Translations under genes and position numbers: made by a program
Notes under the pieces: model-generated
The model's input: the letters and a program-made list of their open reading frames with translations, nothing else
Told to the model about the DNA's origin: nothing
Database searches by the model: none
From: Dehalococcoidia bacterium
GTDB taxonomy: Bacteria; Chloroflexota; Dehalococcoidia; Lucifugimonadales; UBA1123
DNA length: 64,000 nt
NCBI GenBank assembly: GCA_965249365.1
Contig: OZ252229.1
Location: forward strand, 2,117,893 to 2,181,892
Direction: 5' to 3'
Shown: piece after piece, positions 1 through 8,866 of the stretch
How positions within the stretch are numbered: the first letter of the stretch is position 1
Layout: every line of letters starts with the position of its first letter

Positions 1-228
1 GTCGGGTACCTCGTTCTGACCGAGTCGGTGCTGAGCTTTCTTGGGGTGGGAATCCCACCACCGCAACCTTCGTGGGGGAACATCGTCGCAGGCGGCCGAG
101 ACTACATCGCAACCGCTTGGTGGATATCCTTCTTTCCAGGGGTGGCCATCCTGCTTGTCGTTTTCTCAATGAATTTCTGCGGTGATTGGCTTAGGGACAA
201 GCTTGACCCTCTCCTCAGGCAGAACTAA
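1..228 (+). CDS. ABC transporter permease, C-terminal fragment (DppC/OppC-type; 5' end outside window)
   Basis: Frame-1 ORF open from base 1 to the stop at 228. The tail LSFLGVGIPPPQPSWGNIV..DYI..AWWISFFPGVAILLVVFSMNFCGDWLRDKLDP is the typical C-terminus of peptide/nickel ABC permeases. Confidence 0.8.
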   Translation, partial: VGYLVLTESVLSFLGVGIPPPQPSWGNIVAGGRDYIATAWWISFFPGVAILLVVFSMNFCGDWLRDKLDPLLRQN

Positions 229-260
229 ACTCGCGTTCTTCCTGCTGTTATGCTGAGGAG

Positions 261-292
261 TCCGCCCCTCCACGGCGGGCAGGCGCGGCGGA
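261..292. repeat. REP-like hairpin element. The 32-mer tccgcccctccacggcgggcaggcgcggcgga is identical to 53803-53834.
   Basis: Exact 32-nt match read at both loci. It has an internal inverted repeat ccgcc...ggcgg and sits inside a larger intergenic block (about 229-420) of GC-rich hairpins. Confidence 0.7.
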
Positions 293-470
293 CGACGAAG
301 CATCTCCAGCTCGAATGGACATGATAGTCGTGAGATTCTTCGCCTGCGGCTCAGAATGACAGGTCGGGCAGGGAGCCCGAATCTCGCCCGCACTCACCGT
401 CGTGGTGAGTCAATCGTCAGAGCCTGCCCCCGCGGAGGCGAGGATGGTGGATTTGGGCGGGCATGTTCTG

Positions 471-499
471 TTGGCAATCTAACTTGGCGGCGATAGAAT
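471..499 (+). promoter_or_regulatory. Putative sigma70-type promoter (TTGGCA-17 nt-TAGAAT)
   Basis: The hexamers and the 17-nt spacer were read directly. It lies about 45 nt upstream of the ATG at 543. Confidence 0.4.
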
Positions 500-542
500 G
501 GTCAGCAGGACCCGGGAAAGCTCATTCACAGCGGAGTAGCGT

Positions 543-2240
543 ATGACAGGATCCGGACTTGTATCCGGTGGTGACCTGATCGCCAGGTCACTAAAGCTTG
601 AAGGCGTCACTACGGTCTTCACGTTGGCCGGCGATCACATCCTTCCCTCACTCGATGTCATGGCCGACGCCGGATTCCGGTTCATCGATACGCGCCACGA
701 GCAGGCGGCGGCGCACATGGCCGACGCATGGGGTCGGATCACCGGCGGGCCCGGCGTGGCGATGTACACGACACCCGGATTCGCGAACGCGATCCCAGGA
801 CTGGCTAACGCGTCGCACTCGGAGAGCCCCCTCCTCTCAATCAGCGGCTGCGCGGAGCTGCACGAGCTGGGCAGGGGAGCGATGCAGGAGATCGACCAGA
901 TCGGTATGGCCAGCCCGGTCACCAAGGGCTCTTGGATGGTCACCGATGCCCGGCGAATCCCGGACATCATCGCGACGGCGTTGCGTGTCGCCTACGAGGG
1001 ACGGCGAGGGCCGGTCCACCTCACGATTCCCGTCGATATACAGCAGCAGCTCGTGCCGGTCGACGAGGTCTCCTTCTACCAGCCTAACGAGTACCGCGGC
1101 CTCGGCGCGCCGCGGGCGTCCGATGACAGGATCGGGGACGCAATCGATGTACTGAGACACGCGGAGCGCCCCCTGATCATCGTGGGAAGCGCCGGCGCAT
1201 ACTCGGACTCCGGAGAGGCCCTTGAACGCCTCGTCGAGACCACGGGTGTCCCGATCATGACCGAGGGCGACGCCAGAGGCCTGATCTCGGACGCGCATCC
1301 CCGCTGCTACGGTTTCTTCGACTCGGGCCTCAATCGCGCAGCGCGGCTCCTGCGGGACGCCGATGCAATCGTCCTGATGGGCCGCAAACAAGACCTGATC
1401 GTCGGATATGCGATGCCACCCACAGTCTCGTCTGATGCGAGGATCATCCAGATCGACCCGTCCGCGGCAGAGATAGCGAGAAATCGGGGCGTCGCGGTCG
1501 GCATCGTTGGCGATGTCGAGGCGGTCGCGATGCAGCTCGCCGAGGAGGCCGTCAAGTACCGGTGGACGCCCCTTACCGCCTGGCTGAAGCGGCTGAACGT
1601 GGAGCGCGAGGCGCAGGCGGAATCGCTTGAGTCGCTCGCGCAACCCGAGTCACCGATGCACGCTACTTACGTTCACAAGGCGATCAGGAACCAAATCAGA
1701 GCCGACGACTTTATGGTGTTCGACGGCGGCGACTTCTGCCACTTCGGGCGCGCCTATGCGCCGGCGCTGTCGCCGAAGCGATGGTGGTACCTGCCAACGT
1801 CCGGGATGCTCGGGCAGTCCCTCCCTACGGCCCTCGCGGCCAAGGCCGCCCATCCCGACCGGAGGGTCTTCGTCTTTACCGGCGACGGGGCGTTCGGGTT
1901 CAATGGGATGGAGTACGATACGGCCGTCCGGCACAACCTGCCGATCATCGGTATCATGGGAAACGACTCCGCCTGGGGAATCGACAGGCAGATCCAGCTC
2001 GGTGTCTATGGCAAGCCCGTCGCGACCGACCTGCTTCCTTCCAGGTATGATCAGGTCGTCCGTGGCCTGGGAGGATACGGGGAGCTGGTTGAGCATCCGG
2101 ACGAGCTCGGACCCGCCGTCGAGCGGGCGATCAAGCTCGACCGGCCCGCGCTCCTCAACGTCATGGTGCAAAACGCGATTAGCCCGCGCGCCGAAGTCGC
2201 GATCAACAGGTGGAAGAGCCACTCGCCTCTGCCAATGTAA
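543..2240 (+). CDS. Thiamine-pyrophosphate-dependent enzyme (acetolactate synthase large subunit / oxalyl-CoA decarboxylase-like)
   Basis: 565-aa ORF. It has the N-terminal TPP pyrimidine-binding pattern (RHEQAAAHMADAWGR) and the C-terminal TPP motif GDGAFGFNGMEYDTAVRHNLP..GNDSAWG. A GGAG Shine-Dalgarno precedes the ATG. Confidence 0.85.
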   Translation: MTGSGLVSGGDLIARSLKLEGVTTVFTLAGDHILPSLDVMADAGFRFIDTRHEQAAAHMADAWGRITGGPGVAMYTTPGFANAIPGLANASHSESPLLSISGCAELHELGRGAMQEIDQIGMASPVTKGSWMVTDARRIPDIIATALRVAYEGRRGPVHLTIPVDIQQQLVPVDEVSFYQPNEYRGLGAPRASDDRIGDAIDVLRHAERPLIIVGSAGAYSDSGEALERLVETTGVPIMTEGDARGLISDAHPRCYGFFDSGLNRAARLLRDADAIVLMGRKQDLIVGYAMPPTVSSDARIIQIDPSAAEIARNRGVAVGIVGDVEAVAMQLAEEAVKYRWTPLTAWLKRLNVEREAQAESLESLAQPESPMHATYVHKAIRNQIRADDFMVFDGGDFCHFGRAYAPALSPKRWWYLPTSGMLGQSLPTALAAKAAHPDRRVFVFTGDGAFGFNGMEYDTAVRHNLPIIGIMGNDSAWGIDRQIQLGVYGKPVATDLLPSRYDQVVRGLGGYGELVEHPDELGPAVERAIKLDRPALLNVMVQNAISPRAEVAINRWKSHSPLPM

Positions 2241-2263
2241 CCGATACGGAGACCACTGCCAAA

Positions 2264-2842
2264 GTGTTCAGGTCGATCTTCGGAGGAAAGAAGAAGCAGT
2301 CTCAGGACCGCGTCCGCGCGGACGACTCGATCCGCTCGGCACGGGCGGGGGATGTCGTACTGATCCCCGGATTCTGGGACGACGGGGAAGACGCTTACCT
2401 GATCGTCGAGGAGATCAACCGCGTCGAGTCGGGATATGGCGAGTCGCACGAGGTGATCGGTGTCGACGGCGACCGGTCCGCGACAATCGAGTGGACCGAT
2501 CACGACGGGCTTCACATCTCGGCGATTCGGCAGGATCGGCCGATGGGTCTCTCGGTGTTGGGTGTCGACAGTGAGACGTTGACAAGGTGGGATACAAACA
2601 AGTCGCTCGACAACACCGTCAACTACGACGGACACGTCTACCGGTACCGGAACAGCTTCGAGTCCATCTATTTCAAGGGTGCAAGTCTCGAGGGCGAGGG
2701 GAACTGGACGTGGGAATTCGTCAGGGATGACGACGAAGGGGCTATCACGGTGGTAAAGTGGGGGGGCGTACCATTCGAAGTGTACGTGTCAGAGGCAATC
2801 TCGCCCCACATCGTCACGGTCTACACGAAGGGAAAGGGTTAA
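2264..2842 (+). CDS. DUF4178-like protein
   Basis: The ORF ends at 2842. I prefer the GTG at 2264, which has GGAG upstream and avoids the 31-nt overlap produced by the track start at 2210. The family call comes from remembered sequence character and from the adjacent DUF350 gene. Confidence 0.55.
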   Translation: MFRSIFGGKKKQSQDRVRADDSIRSARAGDVVLIPGFWDDGEDAYLIVEEINRVESGYGESHEVIGVDGDRSATIEWTDHDGLHISAIRQDRPMGLSVLGVDSETLTRWDTNKSLDNTVNYDGHVYRYRNSFESIYFKGASLEGEGNWTWEFVRDDDEGAITVVKWGGVPFEVYVSEAISPHIVTVYTKGKG

Positions 2843-2843
2843 A

Positions 2844-3731
2844 ATGGCAGACGCGTTCCTCAACGTCATTGAGACGATCCCGCGGGGACTCGTCTATGTA
2901 GTGATCGGAGTCGTGGTGCTGGTCATCGCCAGGCTGGTTCAGGACTTCCTCACCCCGTATAAGATTCAGGACCAGCTCAGCGACAGGGACAACGTCGCGC
3001 TCGCCCTGAGCATAACCGGCTACTATCTGGGAGTGATCATCGTCTTCCTCGGCGGAATGTACCAGCCGTACGTAGTGATCGCCGACAACAACCTCGGGTT
3101 CACCACGGCGTATTGGCAGGAGGTCGGACTCGTCTTCGGTTACTCCGTCGCCGGGATTATCGTCCTGAACATCGCCAGGATCGTCGTCGATAGGCTCGTG
3201 CTGCACGGGTTTAGTACCGAGAATGAGATCGTCACCGATCACAACGTCGGTACCGGCGCCGTCGAGGCCGCGGTCTACGTGTCGTCCGGACTGGTCATCG
3301 CCGGAGCGATCTCAGGTGAAGGAGGAGGCCCCGAAACCGCGCTGGCCTTCTTCGCCTTGGGCATGGTCGCCCTGATCATCTACGCGCTGGTGTACGAGTG
3401 GACCACTTCGTTCGACATTCACGACGAGATCGAGAAGAACAATGTCGCCGTCGGGGTCGCGCTGGCAGGGAACCTGATCGCGATCGGGGTCGTGGTGTTC
3501 AAGGCGGTATTTGGGGACTTCGTCGGATGGGGTGAGAGCATCGCCGGATTCCTGACCTACGCGATAGTCGGCTTCGTCCTCTTATACGCCGTAAGGTTCC
3601 TGGCTGACCTCGTCCTCTTTCCCGGAGTCAAAATCTCGGACGAGTTGGTAAATGACCGCAATGTTGGCGCCGCGTTCATCGAAAGCGCCGCGGTTATCAG
3701 CGTCAGCCTGATCCTCTTCTTCGCGATCTAG
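2844..3731 (+). CDS. Integral membrane protein with repeated DUF350-type modules
   Basis: 295-aa hydrophobic ORF. It has four repeats of the pattern D.(L/I)...(D/N)NVA/G followed by a TM helix (QDQLSDRDNVALAL, ENEIVTDHNVGTGA, HDEIEKNNVAVGVA, SDELVNDRNVGAAF). Confidence 0.6.
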   Translation: MADAFLNVIETIPRGLVYVVIGVVVLVIARLVQDFLTPYKIQDQLSDRDNVALALSITGYYLGVIIVFLGGMYQPYVVIADNNLGFTTAYWQEVGLVFGYSVAGIIVLNIARIVVDRLVLHGFSTENEIVTDHNVGTGAVEAAVYVSSGLVIAGAISGEGGGPETALAFFALGMVALIIYALVYEWTTSFDIHDEIEKNNVAVGVALAGNLIAIGVVVFKAVFGDFVGWGESIAGFLTYAIVGFVLLYAVRFLADLVLFPGVKISDELVNDRNVGAAFIESAAVISVSLILFFAI

Positions 3732-3747
3732 CCCCCGGATCTCTGGA

Positions 3748-3768
3748 GCGCGGGCGTCTCGCCCGCGC
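3748..3768. repeat. GC-rich perfect hairpin (gcgcgggcg-tct-cgcccgcgc) between convergent genes; REP-like, possible bidirectional terminator
   Basis: 9-bp stem and 3-nt loop read directly. There is no T-tract, so terminator function is unproven. Confidence 0.4.
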
Positions 3769-3842
3769 GCGGAAGCTTAGGAGGCGGAACGTCAGGTCGC
3801 TGGGGTGCGAGAATCTCGCCCGCGTGGGGCTTGAACAGACCG

Positions 3843-4646
3843 TTAGCCTCGCCGAAGAGTTCCGCCGCCGCCGGTGAATCCACTCCCGGACCTGCCGAAC
3901 GAGCTCCCCCTCGAGCTGCTGCCCCATGACGACCGAACGCCTGTCCCGCTCGACTTGAAAGCGCCCGACGATCTCTGGTTGCTCAGATAGCTCTGCCTCG
4001 AAGAGCTGACACTCCGTCCCGCCTGATCGTAGGCGGACCCCCGGAACGACTTCTGGTTCTGGAAGTAACGCGTGTTCCGCGATACCTGGTTCCGGTAGTT
4101 GGCCGAGTTCCGGTATCCGGATCGATTTCGGCTGATCGTGTCGTAGTTCTGCCTCGGCGTCCTGTAGGAGTAGTAGCCGCCGACCGGCATGACCGCTCTC
4201 AGTAGCAGATAGCTGAACAGGAAGTTTCCCGCTCCGAAGCTGCTGCGGTAGTATGAGTTGGCCCCGTACCCTGTCATCTCGTGTGTGTCGTGGGCCTCGA
4301 CGATCGAAAACAGCCGATCGTCGGTCGCATCCTCGATCACGCCCGACGAGTTGAGGTCCTCCCATCCTTCCAGGACCATCTTCTCCCCGTCCTGCTCGAC
4401 GCGAATCAGCACGACCCCGTCGCCCTCGTAGATCGCGTTCACCCGTCCCTCAAAGGTCGACGCGCTATCGGACTGCTTGAACGCCTCTTGGACTTCGTCG
4501 AGGTTTATTCGTCCGGCCGCCCCGTCCGTCGCCGCCCAGGCCTCGTAGGTCGGACCCTCGTCGCAAGCCGCGGCAACCGGACCGGCGATCAGCGAGACCC
4601 CGGCGATTGCAGCGATGGTCGTCTTGTTGACTCTACGTCTCTTCAT
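3843..4646 (-). CDS. Lipoprotein with small N-terminal domain and long N/Q/S/R/G/Y-rich low-complexity C-terminal tail
   Basis: 267-aa ORF with a signal peptide and lipobox-like GPVAAAC. The last roughly 130 aa are compositionally biased (YRNSANYRNQVSRNTRYFQNQKSFRGS...SSSRGSSFGRSGSGFTGGGG). It lies 18 nt downstream of the SecA-like gene on the same strand. Confidence 0.7.
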   Translation of the reverse strand: MKRRRVNKTTIAAIAGVSLIAGPVAAACDEGPTYEAWAATDGAAGRINLDEVQEAFKQSDSASTFEGRVNAIYEGDGVVLIRVEQDGEKMVLEGWEDLNSSGVIEDATDDRLFSIVEAHDTHEMTGYGANSYYRSSFGAGNFLFSYLLLRAVMPVGGYYSYRTPRQNYDTISRNRSGYRNSANYRNQVSRNTRYFQNQKSFRGSAYDQAGRSVSSSRQSYLSNQRSSGAFKSSGTGVRSSWGSSSRGSSFGRSGSGFTGGGGTLRRG

Positions 4647-4664
4647 GTCACCACCGGGTACATT

Positions 4665-7568
4665 CTAACAGGTCAGGAGCTTGCATAGCTCGATCGGAAG
4701 CTCCTCGACCGGGCCAACGTCCACAATTGAGGTCCCCCCGATTTCAGAATCCGCGACCAGCGAGTCGATGACCGAGTCGGCCGCCATGGCACGGAGCTCT
4801 GCACCGGCGGTCCGGGCTTCCTCCGAGAATCGAGTCATCGCAGCCGCGTGGGAGTACGCACCCAGCGAGATGGACAGAGCCATGTCTTGGAGCAGGGCGA
4901 GGTGGTCTGGCCAGCGTTCGTCGACCGCGTTCAGGAATAGCTCCGACAGCCTGCGGCCAAACGCCTTCGGACCGAAGATAGTTCGATGATGAAACAGCCT
5001 GGCCTCGACCTCCCGATCGAGGATCTCGATGACCTCCGCCGGAGTGAGCTCCGCCGGTCCGGGCAGGGGAATTCCGAAGTCGTCTTCCAACGACATACGG
5101 ACCGACTCGTATCTCTCGTCATAGTCAATGCTGATTTCATACAAGGGGGCGGTTCGATGACGCACCCACTCTTCGCGACGCGCCGCAAGGTAGTCCGAAG
5201 CTGCCTCCCGGCCCATCAGCGACTCTCGGAACGCGTAGTACCCCCGGGATTCCCGCTCGATAACCGCCGAAAACTCCGAGGTCCAGGCGTCCGCGGCGCG
5301 GTCCTGTGACTCCGCGTCCTCTTGCGCCTTGACAAGCGCTGCCCGCACTTCTGGTCCCGAGACGCGGTCATGTGCCCGTCCCGGCATTGCCATGATGTCT
5401 CGCTGATGCCTGGAGAACGCCAACACCGGGTCCCCGATGTAGACAGAGGCCTTTGCAGCTCCTGTTCCGCCCTGACGCCCGGTACGGCCTCTGATCTGAC
5501 GCTCGACGCGCCGCGACGCCGGGAGCGACGCCATCAGGACGAGCAGCCCGGAGCCGGAGGTCACGCCATCATCCTCTCGCGACTCAACAACTATGTCCGT
5601 CCCACGGCCCGCCATCGCGGTGGCGACGGTGACCGCGCCGAGCCCTCCGGCCTTCGCCACGATCTCCGATTCCCTGGACGTGGTGGCGGCGTTCAGGACC
5701 TCGTGTTCCACCCCTCGTTCGATGAGAGCCTGGCTGAACGCGAGGGACAGCGCGACTGTGTCGACTACAAGGAGGACGGGTCTGCCCTGGCTGTTCCAGT
5801 ACACGACCTCACTCACGACTTGCCTGGTATGCGTCTCGCGGTCGAAGAACACCTCGCTGTCCTCGTCGACGCGCCGCGAGGGGACGCTTGGGGGAACAGC
5901 GACGGTCGGCGCCCCGTATCGTGCGGCCAAGCGTTCGGCCTCCTCGACCGCAGTGCCCGAAAGACCTGCGATCGTGGCGTACTTTGAGACCAGCGACTGG
6001 ATAGTCGTGCGGGCCAGGGCGTGGCCGCGTCCTCGTCTTCCCACTTCCTCCTTGGCCTCGAGCGCCTCGTGCAGCCCGTCCGTGTATCTGTGGGAGAACA
6101 GCGGACGGCCGTCAAGCGGGTCGACCAACGTTACCTCGTCATCGACGATGACATAGTCCTCATCGAGCTGGTGGAGGACACGCGCGCGCAGAAGCTGAAT
6201 CACCTCGAACGCCGCGGCCAGGTCGTCGAGCCCCTCGGAGACGACTCCCCAACCGCGATCCGTTAGTCTCAGTGTCGACCCGTCCAGGTCGACCACGAAC
6301 ATCAGCTCTGCGTCGAACCCATTCTCATCCTCTGCGATCAGCCTCAGCAGGTCATCCCTGATCCGTCGTGTTGACACGCCCAGCCGCTCCAACTCCGCGG
6401 TCAGCCGTGGGGTGACTCCCCCGGCCAGCAGGACCTCCGCCAGGTCTCGTCGCACGCTTTGGGTCGCTGTCGTCTCGTCGGCACACTGCGTCAGCAGACT
6501 CTCTATCCGTTCCGCCTGACACTCGATGATCTCGGATGCCACGTCCTCCTCTACGCCCTCGACGACTGATTCGGGGGCGGCGTCGCCGGAGATTATCAGC
6601 GGAGTACGGGCCTGGTCGATTAGCTGGTGGTCCACCTCGTCGATGATTGCGATGTCGAATGCGGGACTCACCCGCCTGTCGATCGAAGACGCTATGGAGT
6701 CCCTGAGGTAGTCGAAGCCCACCTCCCTCGCCGTCGTAAAGACGATCTGCCGCGTGTACTGGTGGGTCCTCTCGTCGCGGTCCATGGCGTCAACGACCAG
6801 ACCCGGGAGGATCCCTAACGACTCGAAAGCAGGGGCGAGATGCTCGCAGTCGCGGGAGGCCAGGTAGTCGTTGGCCGTCAGGACGTCGACGCGCCGACCT
6901 GCCGCGGCATAGACCGACGCCGCTATCGCTGACGCCAGGGTCTTGCCCTCGCCGGCGTCCATCTCGACGATCGCTCCCCTTAGAAGTAGAGCCGCGGCCG
7001 CAATCTGCTCAAGCGTTGGAACGAAGACCAGACAGCCTGAGTCGTCGAAGTCCGTCAGGCTCTGGTAGAACCCCGCGGGGAGCAGAATGTCGGCGTGGTA
7101 CTCCGTGCGGCTCCGGGCGAGAGCAATGACCAGCCAACGAAGCACGGACTCAGAACCCGGTGGGACCGGCGCCTGGCTCGCCGCAGAGGCAGCCCAACTC
7201 TCGACGGACTTGAACTCACCAGGCCGTGGTACGCGGTCTCTTGACGCGCGGTAGATCAGCTCGTCGGCCGCCAACCTCAAGGACTTCACTGGCCCCGACA
7301 GATTCTCCGCGTCGAGCAGCACTGCCCCCCAGATTCCGATCCGCCTGCGGATCGCGGTCTCGACGGCGACGATCGCCATGACGATTCGATCCGTGTCCAA
7401 CCCGTGATGTTCGTCGCTCGCCGCGTCCATCAGCCGCGAGCGCAGGTCCCAGTCGGAAGACGCCCCGTTTGTCTCCGCACGGACACGATTCGCGACGTCC
7501 ATCGCCCACGACAGCGTTGGCGGGTCCGTACCACGACCAAGGACGGCGGACATTCGGAGGTTGGTCAT
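4665..7568 (-). CDS. Divergent SecA-family ATPase (SecA paralog with N-terminal extension)
   Basis: 967 aa. SecA signature motifs are present: MDAGEGKTL (Walker A), VLTANDYLASRD, GFDYLRD, IIDEVDHQLIDQARTPLIISG, PPXD-like DEDYVIVDDEVTLVDPLDGRPL..RYTDGLHEALEAKE, LSGTA, VLNA, TAMAGRGTDI and RGRTGRQG. About 190 aa precede the NBD. The ATG overlaps the upstream stop (ATGA). Confidence 0.85.
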   Translation of the reverse strand: MTNLRMSAVLGRGTDPPTLSWAMDVANRVRAETNGASSDWDLRSRLMDAASDEHHGLDTDRIVMAIVAVETAIRRRIGIWGAVLLDAENLSGPVKSLRLAADELIYRASRDRVPRPGEFKSVESWAASAASQAPVPPGSESVLRWLVIALARSRTEYHADILLPAGFYQSLTDFDDSGCLVFVPTLEQIAAAALLLRGAIVEMDAGEGKTLASAIAASVYAAAGRRVDVLTANDYLASRDCEHLAPAFESLGILPGLVVDAMDRDERTHQYTRQIVFTTAREVGFDYLRDSIASSIDRRVSPAFDIAIIDEVDHQLIDQARTPLIISGDAAPESVVEGVEEDVASEIIECQAERIESLLTQCADETTATQSVRRDLAEVLLAGGVTPRLTAELERLGVSTRRIRDDLLRLIAEDENGFDAELMFVVDLDGSTLRLTDRGWGVVSEGLDDLAAAFEVIQLLRARVLHQLDEDYVIVDDEVTLVDPLDGRPLFSHRYTDGLHEALEAKEEVGRRGRGHALARTTIQSLVSKYATIAGLSGTAVEEAERLAARYGAPTVAVPPSVPSRRVDEDSEVFFDRETHTRQVVSEVVYWNSQGRPVLLVVDTVALSLAFSQALIERGVEHEVLNAATTSRESEIVAKAGGLGAVTVATAMAGRGTDIVVESREDDGVTSGSGLLVLMASLPASRRVERQIRGRTGRQGGTGAAKASVYIGDPVLAFSRHQRDIMAMPGRAHDRVSGPEVRAALVKAQEDAESQDRAADAWTSEFSAVIERESRGYYAFRESLMGREAASDYLAARREEWVRHRTAPLYEISIDYDERYESVRMSLEDDFGIPLPGPAELTPAEVIEILDREVEARLFHHRTIFGPKAFGRRLSELFLNAVDERWPDHLALLQDMALSISLGAYSHAAAMTRFSEEARTAGAELRAMAADSVIDSLVADSEIGGTSIVDVGPVEELPIELCKLLTC

Positions 7569-8866
7569 TCGTCGGTTTCGCCCGGCAGCAGCGTTCGCAT
7601 AGGACGTCTCAGTGAAGCCGGGTCTATTCCCGCCTTCAGCGCCGCCAGGATGCCGGCGGCCTCCCAGTAGTTCTCAGCGACGTGCAACTGGCCGGGCGCC
7701 CACGGTAGTGTGGACAGGTCGTTGCGCATGAGGTTGCGGCTCTCACGGACGGTGATGACCCGGATCCCTTGGTGGAGCGCCGCCAGCGTCGGAATCCCCA
7801 GGCATCCGTCTGGGATGACCAGGCAGTCGACGTCCTCGGCGGTTAGCGCGTCGCTCTGGTCCGACAGGGTCTCACCGGTAACGATCCGAGGCGCGCGGTG
7901 GAGGCCCTTGAGAACGCACTGCAGGAACGTCATCGAGACGATCTCAGCCGCCATTCGCGCGTCTACGATCCCGGGATCGATCGCGGCGACTTCGTCCGAC
8001 TCCATCATCGGTGAATGTGCCGCCGGCAGGTCGAGAACCGAGGACACGGCGTGGGTCAGCAGCGCCTCTACACCCCCCCAAGGATTGACCATCTCTCCTC
8101 CACTGGTGAAGTAGTCGTAGTGGTACTCGGTCGGTACTTCGATGACGGTGACCAGGGCGATGGCGTCGTAGCTCCCGCTTCTTTCGCTAAGCATGTTGAG
8201 CAGCGGCGCGAGCCCCTCGACCGTACCGGAGGCGCGCCCAGACGCCGTGTATCCGGCCACTACGTTGAGCGGAGGGTCGATCTCCATGATCTCCGGGCAG
8301 TTCAGCCCGTAGGTCGCCCGCCCCGCGTTCACCGCGTTGACCGAATACTGTCCAAACTTCGGATTGAAGCTTGAGTCGATCGCAACCAGGACCCGATTCG
8401 ACCGCGAAGGGCGGAGCCCGGCAGTGCCCATGAGCAGGCGGGAAAGCACGCTGCCCTCGACGTATAGGCCGTTGGGGGGCAACTCGTTTATGTCCGACGC
8501 GTTGACCACGTTAGGATGAGTGATCAGCGTGTCAGCCACCTCCGCGATCGCGATCGCGGCCGGCGTAGCGTCCCCGGCGTGGCCGCCAATCTCGGCGCCG
8601 ATTCCAGTTGGAACGACGAATACGACGTTGAACTCGGACTGGTCTTCGTACTCCCGGCGTCTGAACGCGAATACCGGCGGCATCGAGTCTACGGAGATGC
8701 CCTGTGCGACTCCGATCTCGCACTCGAAACGCCCATCGATCGATCTGGTGACGTTGAAACGGACCGGCGACTCGTCGTCTGCCAGCGTCCGGCCCACCTC
8801 GTCCGCGATGTCCGGAAACTCGATCGAGTCCCGGCTTATCGAGACCTGGCGCTCAAGTAGCCGCAA
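7565..8866 (-). CDS. Conserved hypothetical protein, DUF3326-like (family name from memory)
   Basis: 433-aa ORF with the motif VVPTGIGAEIGGHAGDATPAA. The TTG start overlaps the upstream gene by 14 nt, and the stop overlaps the SecA-like start by 4 nt. Confidence 0.6.
   Translation of the reverse strand: MRLLERQVSISRDSIEFPDIADEVGRTLADDESPVRFNVTRSIDGRFECEIGVAQGISVDSMPPVFAFRRREYEDQSEFNVVFVVPTGIGAEIGGHAGDATPAAIAIAEVADTLITHPNVVNASDINELPPNGLYVEGSVLSRLLMGTAGLRPSRSNRVLVAIDSSFNPKFGQYSVNAVNAGRATYGLNCPEIMEIDPPLNVVAGYTASGRASGTVEGLAPLLNMLSERSGSYDAIALVTVIEVPTEYHYDYFTSGGEMVNPWGGVEALLTHAVSSVLDLPAAHSPMMESDEVAAIDPGIVDARMAAEIVSMTFLQCVLKGLHRAPRIVTGETLSDQSDALTAEDVDCLVIPDGCLGIPTLAALHQGIRVITVRESRNLMRNDLSTLPWAPGQLHVAENYWEAAGILAALKAGIDPASLRRPMRTLLPGETDE

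Noticed and set aside
837-2635. Long antisense or alternate-frame ORFs inside the TPP-enzyme gene (for example 837-1643 minus, 1627-2574 plus); similar shadow ORFs occur inside most large genes in the window
   Set aside because: These are typical high-GC shadow ORFs. They have Arg/Pro/Gly/Ser-rich composition and no recognisable motifs, and they fully overlap genes with strong family signatures.
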